Assembly: GCA_964016885.1 (NCBI GenBank)
Contig: OZ024753.1
Span: 22,444,001 to 22,508,000 of the forward strand
Source: Eledone cirrhosa
Lineage: Eukaryota
DNA: 64,000 nucleotides
Reading direction: 5' to 3'
In this document: positions 37,701 through 53,487 of the stretch, piece after piece
How positions within the stretch are numbered: position 1 is the first letter of the stretch
How the letters are laid out: every line of letters begins with the position of its first letter
Translations under genes and position numbers: made by a program
The notes under the pieces: generated by a model
Databases searched by the model: none
What the model saw: only the letters and a program-made list of their open reading frames with translations
What the model was told of the DNA's origin: nothing

Positions 37701-40700
37701 TATATCTCCCATTTCTAGTACAGTGTGTTATATCAGCCATATCTAGTTCATTATGGGATATATCTCATTTTTAGTACAGTATGGTATACCTCCCATTTCT
37801 AGTACAGTAATGGTATACCTCCCATTTCTAGTACAGTATGGTACATCTCCCATTTCTAGTACAGTATGGTATATCTCCCATTTGTATACAGTATGGTATA
37901 TCTCCCATTTCTAGTACAGTATGGTATATCTCCCATTTCTAGTACAGCAATGGTATATCTCCCATTTCTAGTACACTATGTTATATCTCCCATTTCCAGT
38001 ACAGTAATGGTATATCTCCCATTTCTAGTACCATATGGTATATCTCCCATTTCTAGTACAGTAATAATATACCTCCCATTCCCAGTACAGTATGGTATAT
38101 CCCCCATTTCTAGTATAGTATGGTGTATCTCCCATTTCTAGTACAGTAATGGTATATCTTCCATTTCAAGTACAGTATGGAATATCTCCAATTTATAGTA
38201 CAGCAATGGTATATCTCCCATGTCTAGTAGAGTATGGTATATCTCCCATTTCTAGTACAGTGTGTTATATCAGCCATTTCTAGTTCATTATGGGATATAT
38301 CTCATTTCTAGTACAGTATGGTATATATCCCATTTCTAGTACAGTATGGTATATCTCCCATTTCTAGAACAGTATGGTATATGTCCCATTTCTTGTACAG
38401 TAACCTCATATCTCCATTTCTAGTACAGTAATGGTATATCTCCCATTTCTAGTACAGCAATGGTATATGTCCCATTTCTAGTACACTATGGTATATCTCC
38501 AATTTCTAGTACAGTAATGGTATATCTCCCATTTCTAGTATAATATGTTATGTTTCCCATTTGTAGTACAGAATGGCATATCTCCTATTTCTCGTACAGT
38601 ATGGTATATCTCCCATTTTCAGTAGAGTAATGGCATATCTCCCATTTCTAGTACAATAAGGTATACCTCCTATTTCTAGTACAGTATGGTATTCCTTCCA
38701 TTTCTAGTACAGTATGGTATATCTCCCATTTCTAGTACAGTAATGGTATATCTCCCATTTCTAGTACACTATGGAATATCTCCCCTTTCTAGTACAGTAT
38801 TGGTATACCTCCCATTTCTAGTAAAGTATGGTATATCTCCCATTTCTAGTACAGTGTGGTATATCTACCATTTCTAGTACAGTATGGTATATCACCCCTT
38901 TTTAGTTTATTATGGTATATCTCCCATTTCTAGTACATAATGTTATACCTCCCATTTCTAGTACAATATGGTATTTTCTCCCATTTCTAATACAGTGTGT
39001 TATATCACCCATTTCTAGTTCATTACGGTATATCTCCATATCTAGTACAGTGTGGTATATCTCCCATTTCTAGTACAGTATGTTATATCTCCCATTTCTA
39101 GTACAGTAATGGTATATCTCCCATTTCTAATACAGCAATTGTTTATCTCCCATTTCTAGTACAGTGAGGTATATCTCCCATTTCTAGTACAGTATGGTAT
39201 ATCTCCCATTTGTAGTACAGTATGATAAACCTCCCATTTCTAGTACAGTGTGGTATATCTGCCATTTCTAGTACATTATGGTATATCATCCATTTGTAGT
39301 ACAGTAATAGTATATCTCCCATTTCTAGTACAGTGTGGTATATCTCCCATTTATAGTACAGTATGGTATATCACCCATTTCTAGTTCATTATGGTATATC
39401 TCCCACTTCTAGTACAGAATGGTATACCTCCCATTTCTAGTACAGTGTGGTATATCTCCCATTTCTAGTACAGTGAGGTATATCTCCCATTTCTAGTACA
39501 GTATGGGATATCTCCCATTTGTAGTACAGTATGGTATACTTCCCATTTGTAGTACAGTATGTTATACCACCCATTTCTAGTACAGTGTGGTATATCTGCC
39601 ATTCCTAGTACAGTATGGTATATCATCCATTTCTAGTACAGTAATGGTATAACTCCCATTGCTAGTACAGTGTGGTATATCTCACATTTCTACTATAGTA
39701 ATGGTATACCTCCCATTTCTAGTACAGCATGGTATATCTCCCATTTCTATACAGTATATTATATCTCCTATTTCTCGTACAGTATGTGTATATCTCCCAT
39801 TTCTAGAATAGTAATGTTATATCCCCCATTTCTAGTACAGTATGGTATATCTCCCATTTCTAGTAGATTTATTGTATACCTCCCATTTCTAGTACAGTAT
39901 GGTATATTTCCCATTTCTAGTACAGTATGGAATATCTTCCATTGCTAGTACAGTAATGGTATACCTCCCATGACTAGAAGAGTATGGTATACCTCCCATT
40001 TCTAGTACAGTAATGGTATATCTCCCATTTCTAGTACAGTATGGAATATCTCCCCTTTCTAGTACAGTATTGGTATACCTCCCATTTATAGTACAGTATG
40101 GTATATGTCCCATTTCTAGTACAGTGTAGTATATCTACCATTTCTAGTACAGTATGCTAAATCCCCCATTTATAGTTCATTATGGTATATCTCCCATTTC
40201 TAGTAATACAATGGTATACCTCCCACTTCTATTACAGTGAGGTATATCTCCCATTTCTATTACAGTATGGTATATCTCCCATTTGTAGTACAGTATGGTA
40301 TACTTCTCATTTGTAGTAAAGTATGGTTTATCTCCCATTTCTACTACAGTAATGGTATATCTCCCATTTCTAGAATAGTATGGTATATCTACTATTTCTA
40401 GTATAGTAATGGTATATCTTTCATTTCTAGTACAGTATGGTATACCCTCCATTTCTAGTGTAGTAATAGTATACCTCCGATTCCCAGTACAGTATGGTAT
40501 ATCTCCCATTTCTAGTACAGTATGTTGTATCTCCCATTTCTAGTACAATAATGGTATATCTCCCATTTCTAGTACAGTATGGAATATCTCCCATTTCAAG
40601 TACAGCAATGGTATACCTCCCATTTCTAGTACAGTAATGGTATATCTCCCATTTCTAGTACAGTATGGTATATCTCCCATTTCTAGTAGAGTGTGTTATA

Positions 40701-43700
40701 TCAGCCATTTCTAGTTCATTATGGGATATATCTCATTTTTAGTACAGTATGGTATATATCCCATTTCTAGTACAGTATGGTATACCTCCCATTTCTTGTA
40801 CAGTAATGGTATATCTCCATTTCTAGTACAGAAATGGTATATCTCCCATTTGTATACAGTATGGTATATCTCCCATTTCTAGTACAGTATGGTATATCTC
40901 CCATTTCTAGTACAGTATGGTACATCTCCCATTTCTAGTGCAGTATGGTATATCTCCCATTTGTATACAGTATCGTATATCTCCAATTTCTAGTAGAGTA
41001 TGGTATATCTCCCATTTCTAGTACAGCAATGGTATATCTCCCATTTCTCGTACAGTATGGTATATCTCCCATTTCTAGTAGAGTAATGGCATATCTCCCA
41101 TTTCTAGTAGAGTACGGTATATCTCCCATTTCTAGTACAGTATGGTATTTCTTCTATTTCTAGTACAGTATGGTATATCTCCCATTTCTAGTACAGTAAT
41201 GGTATATCTCCCATTTCTAGTACAGTATGGAATATCTCCCCTTTCTAGTACAGTATTGGTATACCTCCCATTTATAGTACAGTATGGTATATCTCCCATT
41301 TCTAGTAGAGTAATGGCATATCTCCCATTTCTAGTACAGTACGGTATATCTCCCATTTCTAGTACAGTATGCTAAATCCCCCATTTATAGTTCATTATGG
41401 TATATCTCCCATTTCTAGTACACAATGGTATACCTCCCATTTCTATTACAGTGAGCTATATCTCCCATTTCTAGTACAGTATGTTATATCTCCCATTTGT
41501 AGTACAGTATGGTATACTTCCCATTTGTAGTACAGTATGGTATACCACCCATTTCTAGTACAGTGTGGTATCTCTGCCATTCCTAGTACAGTATGATATA
41601 TCATCCATTTCTCCTACAGTAATGGTATATCTCTCATTTCTAGTACAGTGTGGTATATCTCACATTTCTAGTATAGTAATGGTATACCTCCCATTTCTAG
41701 TACAGTATGGTATATCTCCCATTTCTATACAGTATATTATATCTCCTATTTCTAGTACAGTATGTGTATATCTCCCATTTCTTGTATAGTAATGTTATAT
41801 CCCCCATTTCTAGTACAGTATGGTATATCTCCCATTTCTAGTACAGCAATGGTATATATCCCATTTCTAGTACACTATGGTATATCTCCCATTTCTAGTA
41901 CAGTAATGGCATATCTCCCATTTCTAGTAACGTATGGTATTTCTCCCATTTCTAGTACAGTATGGTATATCTCCCATTTCTCGTACAGTATGGTATATCT
42001 CCCATTTCTAGTAGAGTAATGGCATATCTCCCATTTCTAGTACAGTGTGGTATATCTTCAATTTCTAGTATAATATGGTATATTTCTCATTTCTACTACA
42101 GTAATGGTAGATCTTCAAGTTCTAGTACAGTGTGGAATATCTCGTATTTCTAGTACAGTATGGTATATCACCCATTCCTAGTAGAGTATGGTATATCTCC
42201 CATTTCCAGTAAAATATGGTATAATTTCCATTTCTATACAGTGTTGTATATGTCCTATCTCTAGTACAGTATCGCATATCTCCCATTTCTAGTACAGTAA
42301 TGGTATATCGCCCATTTCTAGTACAGTAATGGTATATCTCACATTTCTAATACCGTAATGGAATATCTCCTATTTCTAGTACAGTATGGTATATCTCCCA
42401 TTTCTAGTACAGTAATGGTATATCTCCCATTTCTAGTATAGTAATGGTATATCTCCCATTTCTAGTAAATATAGTATATCTCCCGTTTCTAGTACAGTAC
42501 GGTATATCTCCTATTTCTAGTACAGTATGGTATATCTCCCATTTCTAGTACAGTATGGTATATCTCCCCTTTCTAGTATAGTAATCGTATATCTCCCATT
42601 TCTAGTACAGTATGGTATATCTACCATTTCTAGTATAGTAATGGTCTACCTCCCATCTCTAGTACAGTAATCTATACCTACCATTTCTAGTACAGTATGG
42701 TATATCTTCCATTTCTAGTACAGTAATAGTATACCCCCCATTCCCCGTAGTGTATGGTATATCTCCCATTTCTAGTACAGTAATGTTATATCTCCCATTT
42801 CTAGTAAAGTATGGAATATCTCCCATTTCTAGTACAGTTTTATATCAGCCATTTCTAGTTCATTATGTGATATATCCCATTTCTAGTACAGTATGGTATA
42901 TCTCCCATTTCTCGTACAGTTCCGTATACCTCCCATTTCTAGTACATTATGGTATTCCTTTCATATCTAGTACAGTATTGTATATCTGCCATTTCTAGTA
43001 GAGTGTGTTATATCAGCCATTTCTAGTTCATTATGGGATATATCTCATTTTTAGTACAGTATGGTATATATCCCATTTCTAGTACAGTATGGTATACCTC
43101 CCATTTCTTGTACAGTAATGGTATATCTCCATTTCTAGTACAGAAATGGTATATCTCCCATTTGTATACAGTATGGTATATCTCCCATTTCTAGTACAGT
43201 ATGGTATATCTCCCATTTCTAGTACAGTATGGTACATCTCCCATTTCTAGTGCAGTATGGTATATCTCCCATTTGTATACAGTATCGTATATCTCCAATT
43301 TCTAGTAGAGTATGGTATATCTCCCATTTCTAGTACAGCAATGGTATATCTCCCATTTCTCGTACAGTATGGTATATCTCCCATTTCTAGTAGAGTAATG
43401 GCATATCTCCCATTTCTAGTAGAGTACGGTATATCTCCCATTTCTAGTACAGTATGGTATTTCTTCTATTTCTAGTACAGTATGGTATATCTCCCATTTC
43501 TAGTACAGTAATGGTATATCTCCCATTTCTAGTACAGTATGGAATATCTCCCCTTTCTAGTACAGTATTGGTATACCTCCCATTTATAGTACAGTATGGT
43601 ATATCTCCCATTTCTAGTAGAGTAATGGCATATCTCCCATTTCTAGTACAGTACGGTATATCTCCCATTTCTAGTACAGTATGCTAAATCCCCCATTTAT

Positions 43701-46700
43701 AGTTCATTATGGTATATCTCCCATTTCTAGTACACAATGGTATACCTCCCATTTCTATTACAGTGAGCTATATCTCCCATTTCTAGTACAGTATGTTATA
43801 TCTCCCATTTGTAGTACAGTATGGTATACTTCCCATTTGTAGTACAGTATGGTATACCACCCATTTCTAGTACAGTGTGGTATCTCTGCCATTCCTAGTA
43901 CAGTATGATATATCATCCATTTCTCCTACAGTAATGGTATATCTCTCATTTCTAGTACAGTGTGGTATATCTCACATTTCTAGTATAGTAATGGTATACC
44001 TCCCATTTCTAGTACAGTATGGTATATCTCCCATTTCTATACAGTATATTATATCTCCTATTTCTAGTACAGTATGTGTATATCTCCCATTTCTTGTATA
44101 GTAATGTTATATCCCCCATTTCTAGTACAGTATGGTATATCTCCCATTTCTAGTACAGCAATGGTATATATCCCATTTCTAGTACACTATGGTATATCTC
44201 CCATTTCTAGTACAGTAATGGCATATCTCCCATTTCTAGTAACGTATGGTATTTCTCCCATTTCTAGTACAGTATGGTATATCTCCCATTTCTCGTACAG
44301 TATGGTATATCTCCCATTTCTAGTAGAGTAATGGCATATCTCCCATTTCTAGTACAGTGTGGTATATCTTCAATTTCTAGTATAATATGGTATATTTCTC
44401 ATTTCTACTACAGTAATGGTAGATCTTCAAGTTCTAGTACAGTGTGGAATATCTCGTATTTCTAGTACAGTATGGTATATCACCCATTCCTAGTAGAGTA
44501 TGGTATATCTCCCATTTCCAGTAAAATATGGTATAATTTCCATTTCTATACAGTGTTGTATATGTCCTATCTCTAGTACAGTATCGCATATCTCCCATTT
44601 CTAGTACAGTAATGGTATATCGCCCATTTCTAGTACAGTAATGGTATATCTCACATTTCTAATACCGTAATGGAATATCTCCTATTTCTAGTACAGTATG
44701 GTATATCTCCCATTTCTAGTACAGTAATGGTATATCTCCCATTTCTAGTATAGTAATGGTATATCTCCCATTTCTAGTAAATATAGTATATCTCCCGTTT
44801 CTAGTACAGTACGGTATATCTCCTATTTCTAGTACAGTATGGTATATCTCCCATTTCTAGTACAGTATGGTATATCTCCCCTTTCTAGTATAGTAATCGT
44901 ATATCTCCCATTTCTAGTACAGTATGGTATATCTACCATTTCTAGTATAGTAATGGTCTACCTCCCATCTCTAGTACAGTAATCTATACCTACCATTTCT
45001 AGTACAGTATGGTATATCTTCCATTTCTAGTACAGTAATAGTATACCCCCCATTCCCCGTAGTGTATGGTATATCTCCCATTTCTAGTACAGTAATGTTA
45101 TATCTCCCATTTCTAGTAAAGTATGGAATATCTCCCATTTCTAGTACAGTTTTATATCAGCCATTTCTAGTTCATTATGTGATATATCCCATTTCTAGTA
45201 CAGTATGGTATATCTCCCATTTCTCGTACAGTTCCGTATACCTCCCATTTCTAGTACATTATGGTATTCCTTTCATATCTAGTACAGTATTGTATATCTG
45301 CCATTTCTAGTACAGTAATGGTATATCCCCCATTCCCCGTAGTGTATGGTATATCTCCCATTTCTAGTACAGTAATGGTATATCTCCCATTTCTAGTAAA
45401 GTATGGAATATCTCCCATTTCTAGTACAACAATGGTATACCTCCCATTTCTAGTACGGTAATGGTATATCTTCCATTTCAAGTACAGTGAGGTATATCAC
45501 CCATTTCTCGTATAATATGTTATATTTCCCTTTTGTAGTACAGTATGGTATATCTCCCATTTCTCGTACAGTTCCGTATACCTCCCATTTCTAGTACATT
45601 ATGGTATTCCTTCCATTTCTAGTACAGTATGGTATATCTGCCATTTCTAGTACAGTAATGGTATATCCCCCATTTCTGCTACAGTATGGAATATCTCCCC
45701 TTTCTACTACAGTATTGGTATACCTCCCATTTCTAGTACAGTATGGTATATGTCCTATCTCTACTACAGTGTGGTATATCTACCATTTCTAGTACAGTAT
45801 GGTATATCAACCATTTCTAGTTCATTATGGTATATCTCCCATTTCTAGTACCGAATGGTATACCTCCCATTTCTAGTACAGCATGATATATCTCCCATTT
45901 CTAGTACAGTGTGTTATATCATCCATTTCTAGTTCATTATGGTATATCTCCCATTTCTAGTACAGTAATTGTTTATCTCCCATTTCTATTACAGTGAGGT
46001 TTATCTCCCATTTCTAGTACAGTATGGTGTATGTCCCATTTGTAGTACAGTATGGTATATATGCATCTTCTAGTACAGTATGGTATATCATCCATTTCCA
46101 GTACAGTAATAGTATATCTCCCATTTCTAGTACTGTATGGTATATCTCCCATTTCTATTCAGTATTTTATATCTCCTATTTCTTGTACAGTATGGTATAT
46201 CGCCCATTTCTAGTACCGTAATGGCATATCCCCCATTTCTAGTATATTAATGGTATATCCCCCATTTCTAGTACAGTTATGGTATACCTCCCATTTCTAG
46301 TAGAGTATGGTATACCTCCCATTTCTAGTACAGTAATAGTATACCACCCATTTCTAGTACAGTCATGGTATATCTTCCATTTCTAGTACAGTGTGGAATA
46401 TCTCGTATTTCTAGTACAGTATGGTATATCTCCCATTTCTAGTAGAATAATTGTATACCTCCCATTTCTAGTACAGGATGGTATACCTCCCATTTCTAGT
46501 ACAGTATTGTATATCTCCCATTTATAGTACAGCAATGGTATATCTTCCATTTCTAGTACAGTATGGTATACCTCCCATTTCTAGTACAGTAATAGTATAC
46601 CTACCAGTTCTAATACAATATGGTATATATCCCATTTCTAGTACAGTATGGTATATCTCCGATTTCTAGTACCGTATGGTATATCTCCCATTCGTAGTAC

Positions 46701-49700
46701 AGTGTGGTATATCTCCCATTTCTAGTACAGTAATGGTATATCTCCCATTTCTTGTACAGTGTGGTATATCTTCTATTTCTAGTATAATATGGTATATTTC
46801 CCATTTCTAGTACAGTAATGGTATATCTTCAATTTCTAGTACAGTGTGGAATATCTCCTATTTCTAGTACTGTATGGTATATCTCCCATTTCTAGTAGAG
46901 TATGGTATATCTCCCATTTCTAGTACAGTAAGTGTGTATCTCCCGTTTCTAGTACAGTATGGTATATTTCCCCTTTCTATACAGTATTGTATATCTTCTA
47001 TTTCTAGTACAGTATTGTATATCTCCCATTTCTAGTACAGTAATTGTATATCGCCTATTTCTACTACAGTAATGGTATATCTCCTATTTCTAGTACAGTA
47101 TCGTATATCTCCCGTTTATAGTACCGTAATGGCATATCCCCCATTTCTAGTACAGTATAGTATATCTCCCGTTCATAGTACAGTATGGTATATCTCCCAT
47201 TTCTAGTACAGTATGGTATACCTCACATTTCTAGTACAGTAATGGTATATCTCCCATTTTCAGTACAGTACGGTATACCTCCTATTTCTAGGACAGTAAT
47301 GGTATATCTCCCATTTCTAGTACAGCATGGAATATCTCCCATTTCTAGTACAGTAATGGTATACCTCCCATTTCTAGTACAGTATGGTATATCTCTCATT
47401 TCTAGTACAATATTGTATACATCCCATTTCAAGTACAGTGTGGTATATCTCCCATTTCAAGTACAGTAATGGTATATCCTCAATTTATAGTACAGTGTGG
47501 AATATCTCGTATTTCTAGTACAGTATGTTACATCTCCCATTTCTAGTACAGTAATGGTATATCTCCCATTTCTAGTATAGTAATGGTATATCTCCCATTT
47601 CTAGTACAGTATAGTATATCTCCCCTTGCTAGTACAGTATGGTATATCTCCTATTTCTAGTACAGTATGGTATATCTGCCATTTCTAGTACAGTATGGTA
47701 TATCTCCCATTTCTAATACAGTATGGTATGTCTCCCCTTTCTAGTATAGTAATAGTATATCTCCCAATTCTAGTAAAGTATGGTATATCTACCATTTCTA
47801 GTAGAGTAATAGTATATCTCCCATTTCTAGTACAGTAATGTATTGCTACCATTTCTAGTACAGTAATGGTATACGTTCTATTTCTAGTACAGTAATAGTA
47901 TATCTCCCATTCCCCGTTCAGTATGGTATATCTCCCATTTCTAGTACAGTATGGTGTATCTCCCATTTCTAGTACAGTTATCGTATATCTCCCAATTCTA
48001 GTACAGTATGGAATATCTCCCATTTCTAGTAAAGCATTGGTATACCTCCCATCTCTAGTACACTAATGGTATATCTCCCATTTCTAGTACAGTATGGTAT
48101 ATCTCCCATTTCTAGTACACTGTGTTATATCAGCCATTTCTAGTTCATTATGGGATATATCCCATTTCTTTTACAGTATGGTATATATCCCATTTGTAGT
48201 ACAGTATGGTATATCTCCCATTTCTAGTACAGTAATGGTATACCTCCCATTTCTAGTACAGTAATGGTGTATCTTCCATTTCTAGTACAGTATGGTATAT
48301 CTCCGATTTCTAGTACCGTATGGTATATCTCCCATTCGTAGTACAGTGTGGTATATCTCCCATTTCTAGTACAGTAATGGTATATCTCCCATTTCTTGTA
48401 CAGTGTGGTATATCTTCTATTTCTAGTATAATATGGTATATTTCCCATTTCTAGTACAGTAATGGTATATCTTCAATTTCTAGTACAGTGTGGAATATCT
48501 CCTATTTCTAGTACTGTATGGTATATCTCCCATTTCTAGTAGAGTATGGTATATCTCCCATTTCTAGTACAGTAAGTGTGTATCTCCCGTTTCTAGTACA
48601 GTATGGTATATTTCCCCTTTCTATACAGTATTGTATATCTTCTATTTCTAGTACAGTATTGTATATCTCCCATTTCTAGTACAGTAATTGTATATCGCCT
48701 ATTTCTACTACAGTAATGGTATATCTCCTATTTCTAGTACAGTATCGTATATCTCCCGTTTATAGTACCGTAATGGCATATCCCCCATTTCTAGTACAGT
48801 ATAGTATATCTCCCGTTCATAGTACAGTATGGTATATCTCCCATTTCTAGTACAGTATGGTATACCTCACATTTCTAGTACAGTAATGGTATATCTCCCA
48901 TTTTCAGTACAGTACGGTATACCTCCTATTTCTAGGACAGTAATGGTATATCTCCCATTTCTAGTACAGCATGGAATATCTCCCATTTCTAGTACAGTAA
49001 TGGTATACCTCCCATTTCTAGTACAGTATGGTATATCTCTCATTTCTAGTACAATATTGTATACATCCCATTTCAAGTACAGTGTGGTATATCTCCCATT
49101 TCAAGTACAGTAATGGTATATCCTCAATTTATAGTACAGTGTGGAATATCTCGTATTTCTAGTACAGTATGTTACATCTCCCATTTCTAGTACAGTAATG
49201 GTATATCTCCCATTTCTAGTATAGTAATGGTATATCTCCCATTTCTAGTACAGTATAGTATATCTCCCCTTGCTAGTACAGTATGGTATATCTCCTATTT
49301 CTAGTACAGTATGGTATATCTGCCATTTCTAGTACAGTATGGTATATCTCCCATTTCTAATACAGTATGGTATGTCTCCCCTTTCTAGTATAGTAATAGT
49401 ATATCTCCCAATTCTAGTAAAGTATGGTATATCTACCATTTCTAGTAGAGTAATAGTATATCTCCCATTTCTAGTACAGTAATGTATTGCTACCATTTCT
49501 AGTACAGTAATGGTATACGTTCTATTTCTAGTACAGTAATAGTATATCTCCCATTCCCCGTTCAGTATGGTATATCTCCCATTTCTAGTACAGTAATGGT
49601 ATACCTCCCATTTCTAGTACAGTAATGGTGTATCTTCCATTTCTAGTACAGTATGGTATATCACCCATTTCTAGTATAGTATGGTATATCTCCCATTTGT

Positions 49701-51793
49701 ATACAGTATGGTATATCTCCCATTTCTAGTACAGTATGTTATATCTCCCATTTCTAGTACTGCAATGGTATATCTCCCATTTCTAGTACACTATGGTATA
49801 TCTCCCATTTCTAGTACAGTAATTGTATATCTCCCATTTCTAGTACCGTATGGTATATCTCCCATTTCTAGTACAGTGTGGTATATCTCCCATTTCTAGT
49901 ACAGTATGGTATATCTCAAATTTCTAGTACGGTGAGGTATATCTCCCATTTCTAGTATAATATGTTATATTTCCCATTTGTAGTACAGTATAATATATCT
50001 CCCATTTCTCGTACAGTATGGAATATCTCCCATTTCTAGTAGAGTAATGGCATATCTCCCATTTCTAGTACAGTACGGTATATCTCCCATTTCTAGTACA
50101 GTAATGGTTTATCTCTCCTTTCTAGTACATTGAGGTATATCTCCCATTTCTAGTACAGTATGGTATACATCCCATTTCTAGTACAGTGTGGTATATCTGC
50201 CATTTCTAGTATAGTAATGGTATACCTCCCATTTCTAGAACTGTATGGTATATCTCCCATTTCTATTCAGTATTTTATATCTCCTATTTCTAGTACAGTA
50301 TAGTATATCTCCCATTTCTAGTACCGTAATGATATATCTCCTATTTCTAGTACAGTATGGTATATCTCCCATTTCTAGTAGAGTAATGGTATATCTCCCA
50401 TTTCTTATATAGTATGGTATATCTCCCATTTCTAGTACAGTAATTGTATACCTCCCATTTCTAGTACAATATGGTATACCTCCTATTTCTAGTACTTTAT
50501 GGTATATCTCCCATTTCTAGTACAGTGAGGTATATCTCCCATTTCTAGTACAGTATGGTATATCTCCCATTTGTAGTACAGTATGGTATACATCCCATTT
50601 CTAGTACAGTGTGGTATATCTGCCATTTCTAGTACAGTAATGGTATATCATCTATTTCTAGTACCGTAATAGTATATCTCCCATTTCTAGTACAGTGTGG
50701 TATATCTGCCATTTCTAGTATAGTAATGGTATACCTCCCATTTCTAGTACAGTATGGTATATCTCCCATTTCTATTCAGTATTTTATATCTCCTATTTCT
50801 AGTACAGTATGGTATATCTCCCATTTCTAGTACAGTAATGGTATATCTCCTATTTCTAGTACAGTATGGTATATCTCCCATTTCTAGTACCGTAATGATA
50901 TATCTCCTATTGCTAGTACAGTATGGTATATCTTCTATTTCTAGTACAGTATGGTATATCTCCCATTTCTAGTACAGTAATTGTATACCTCCCATTTCTA
51001 GTACAATATGGTATACCTCCTATTTCTAGTACAGTATGGTGTATCTCCCATTTCCTAGTAGAGTAATGGCATATCTCCCATTTCTAGTACAGTACGGTAT
51101 ACCTCCCATTTCTAGTACAGTAATTGTATATTTCCCATTTCTAGTACAGTATGGTATACCTCCCATTTATAGTACAGTAATAGTATACCTCCCATTTCTA
51201 GTAAAGTAATGTTATATCTCCCATTTCTAGTATAGTATGGAATATCTCCCATTTCTAGTACAGTAATTGTATATCTCCCATTTCTAGTACAGTGTGTTAT
51301 ATCACCCATTTCTAGTTCATTATGGTATATCTCCCATTTCTAGTACAGCAATGGTATATCTCCCATTTCTAGTACAGCAATGGTATATCTCCCATTTCTA
51401 GTACAGTAATGGTATATCTCCATTTCTAGTATAGTAGAGTATACCTCCCATTTCTAGTAAGGTAATGGCACATCTCCCATTTCTAGTACAGTGTGTTATA
51501 TCACCCATTTCTAGTTCATTATGGTATATCTCCCATTTCTAGTACAGCAATGGTATATCTCCCATTTCTAGTACAGTATGGTATATCTCCCATTTCTAGT
51601 ATAGTAATGGTATATCTCACATTTCTAGTACAGTAATGGTATATCTCCATTTCTAGTATAGTAATGGTATATCTCCCATTTCTAGTACAGTAGAGTATAC
51701 CTCCCATTTCTATTAAGGTAATGGCATATCTCCCATATCTAGTACAGTAATGGTATATCTCCCATCTCTAGTACAGTATGATATACTTCCCAT
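19797..51793. repeat. ~32-kb satellite of 28/29-bp monomers, consensus TA(A)TGGTATATCTCCCATTTCTAGTACAG, over 1100 units
   Basis: ctagtacag recurs at 19812, 19841, 19869; single orientation throughout; I saw no interrupting non-satellite insert. Confidence 0.98.
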
Positions 51794-52026
51794 GTTTTTA
51801 TATGTTTATATCTATGTGTGAGTATGTGTGTGTTTGCGTGTGTGTATGTGTGTGTGTTGGGCTTTGTGTATTCCAGGAGAGCTGTGGTCAAGAATGTTAA
51901 ACCGAGGACAAGAAAGTTTAGGTGAGGGTGTTAATGGAGGTGAGGGGCAAGTGGTGGCGAACGCAGGACAGAAGTGAGCTGAGGAGGGACACTGGTGATA
52001 AACGCACACACAGACATACACGTCTC

Positions 52027-52716
<690 letters not shown>

Positions 52717-53400
52717 GATCGAGTATCGAAAAATCGGCGCACGAGTTCACGATAAACAATATTCGAAATGAGCGGCAGAGGGCTCAATAATTCAGATGAA
52801 TCAGAGCTATAACTATCGTTAAAATACCGTCACATATAGAACAAGTCTACAATCAACCATACGATTTAAAATCGATAAAGGAAGATTCGGGCCAAACAGA
52901 TAAAAAATATCAATAAAACAATACGTCAATAATTTAAATGAATGTAAAATCATACCCGGACCCACTAGACAGGTGTTAAATCTAGCTTCATGGGTTTCTG
53001 TAAATCCTTAGACTGTACTCTATCAGCTCACATATAAATATAAAAGCCTACTAGAGTAAGTGGAACGGAGGTTTACTTTATCAACGAGTTTTTTCCTGGC
53101 GGCAGAGGAGCCAACTACCAGTGAAAAACGCACATGGCAATAGACAAGGGAGATGACCCCTATATCCGCGAAAACAATTCGAGTGAATGTGGAAATACAC
53201 ATATCGAATTAGAGTGCTCAATAGACATGTTAAAATAAAACAAAAGCTATTCATCACTCAATAGAATCGACAAAAAATGAGCAAATATCAAGGTTTAGCA
53301 AATAAGAAAATGTTTCACATCATTCATTCTCATCTCGGGAACAATTTTGAATAGCGCCAGTTCGTGAACTCGGGAATTTTATATTCTCCGAGTGAAAAGA

Positions 53401-53487
53401 ACCTTCTGACGAGAGTTTATCTTTAAAATGGAAGGCCGCAAGGACTGTCCATTTATTTTTGAGACTCGAAACCGATTCGGTAAAGGT
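53401..53487 (+). ncRNA. Type I hammerhead ribozyme with intact core
   Basis: Stem I ACCUU/AAGGU; CUGACGA at 53406-53412; stem II GAGUUU/AGACUC extended by AAAUGGA/UCCAUUU; GAAA at 53468-53471; stem III CCG-AUU-CGG; GUA cleavage triplet ending at 53482. Confidence 0.88.

Noticed and set aside
19657-51707. Repetitive protein gene (MVYLPFLVQYGISPISST / MGDIPYCTRNGRYT ORFs)
   Set aside because: Unit lengths 28 and 29 are not multiples of 3 and stops are frequent; the ORFs arise only where 28+29 alternation happens to skip TAG.
19797-51793. CRISPR array (28-29-bp repeats)
   Set aside because: Monomers are head-to-tail with no unique spacers, no cas genes are present, and the context is eukaryotic.
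53366-53381. 16-nt match GAACTCGGGAATTTTA with the minus strand near 17946-17961
   Set aside because: No extension on either side; one match of this length is plausible by chance in this much sequence.
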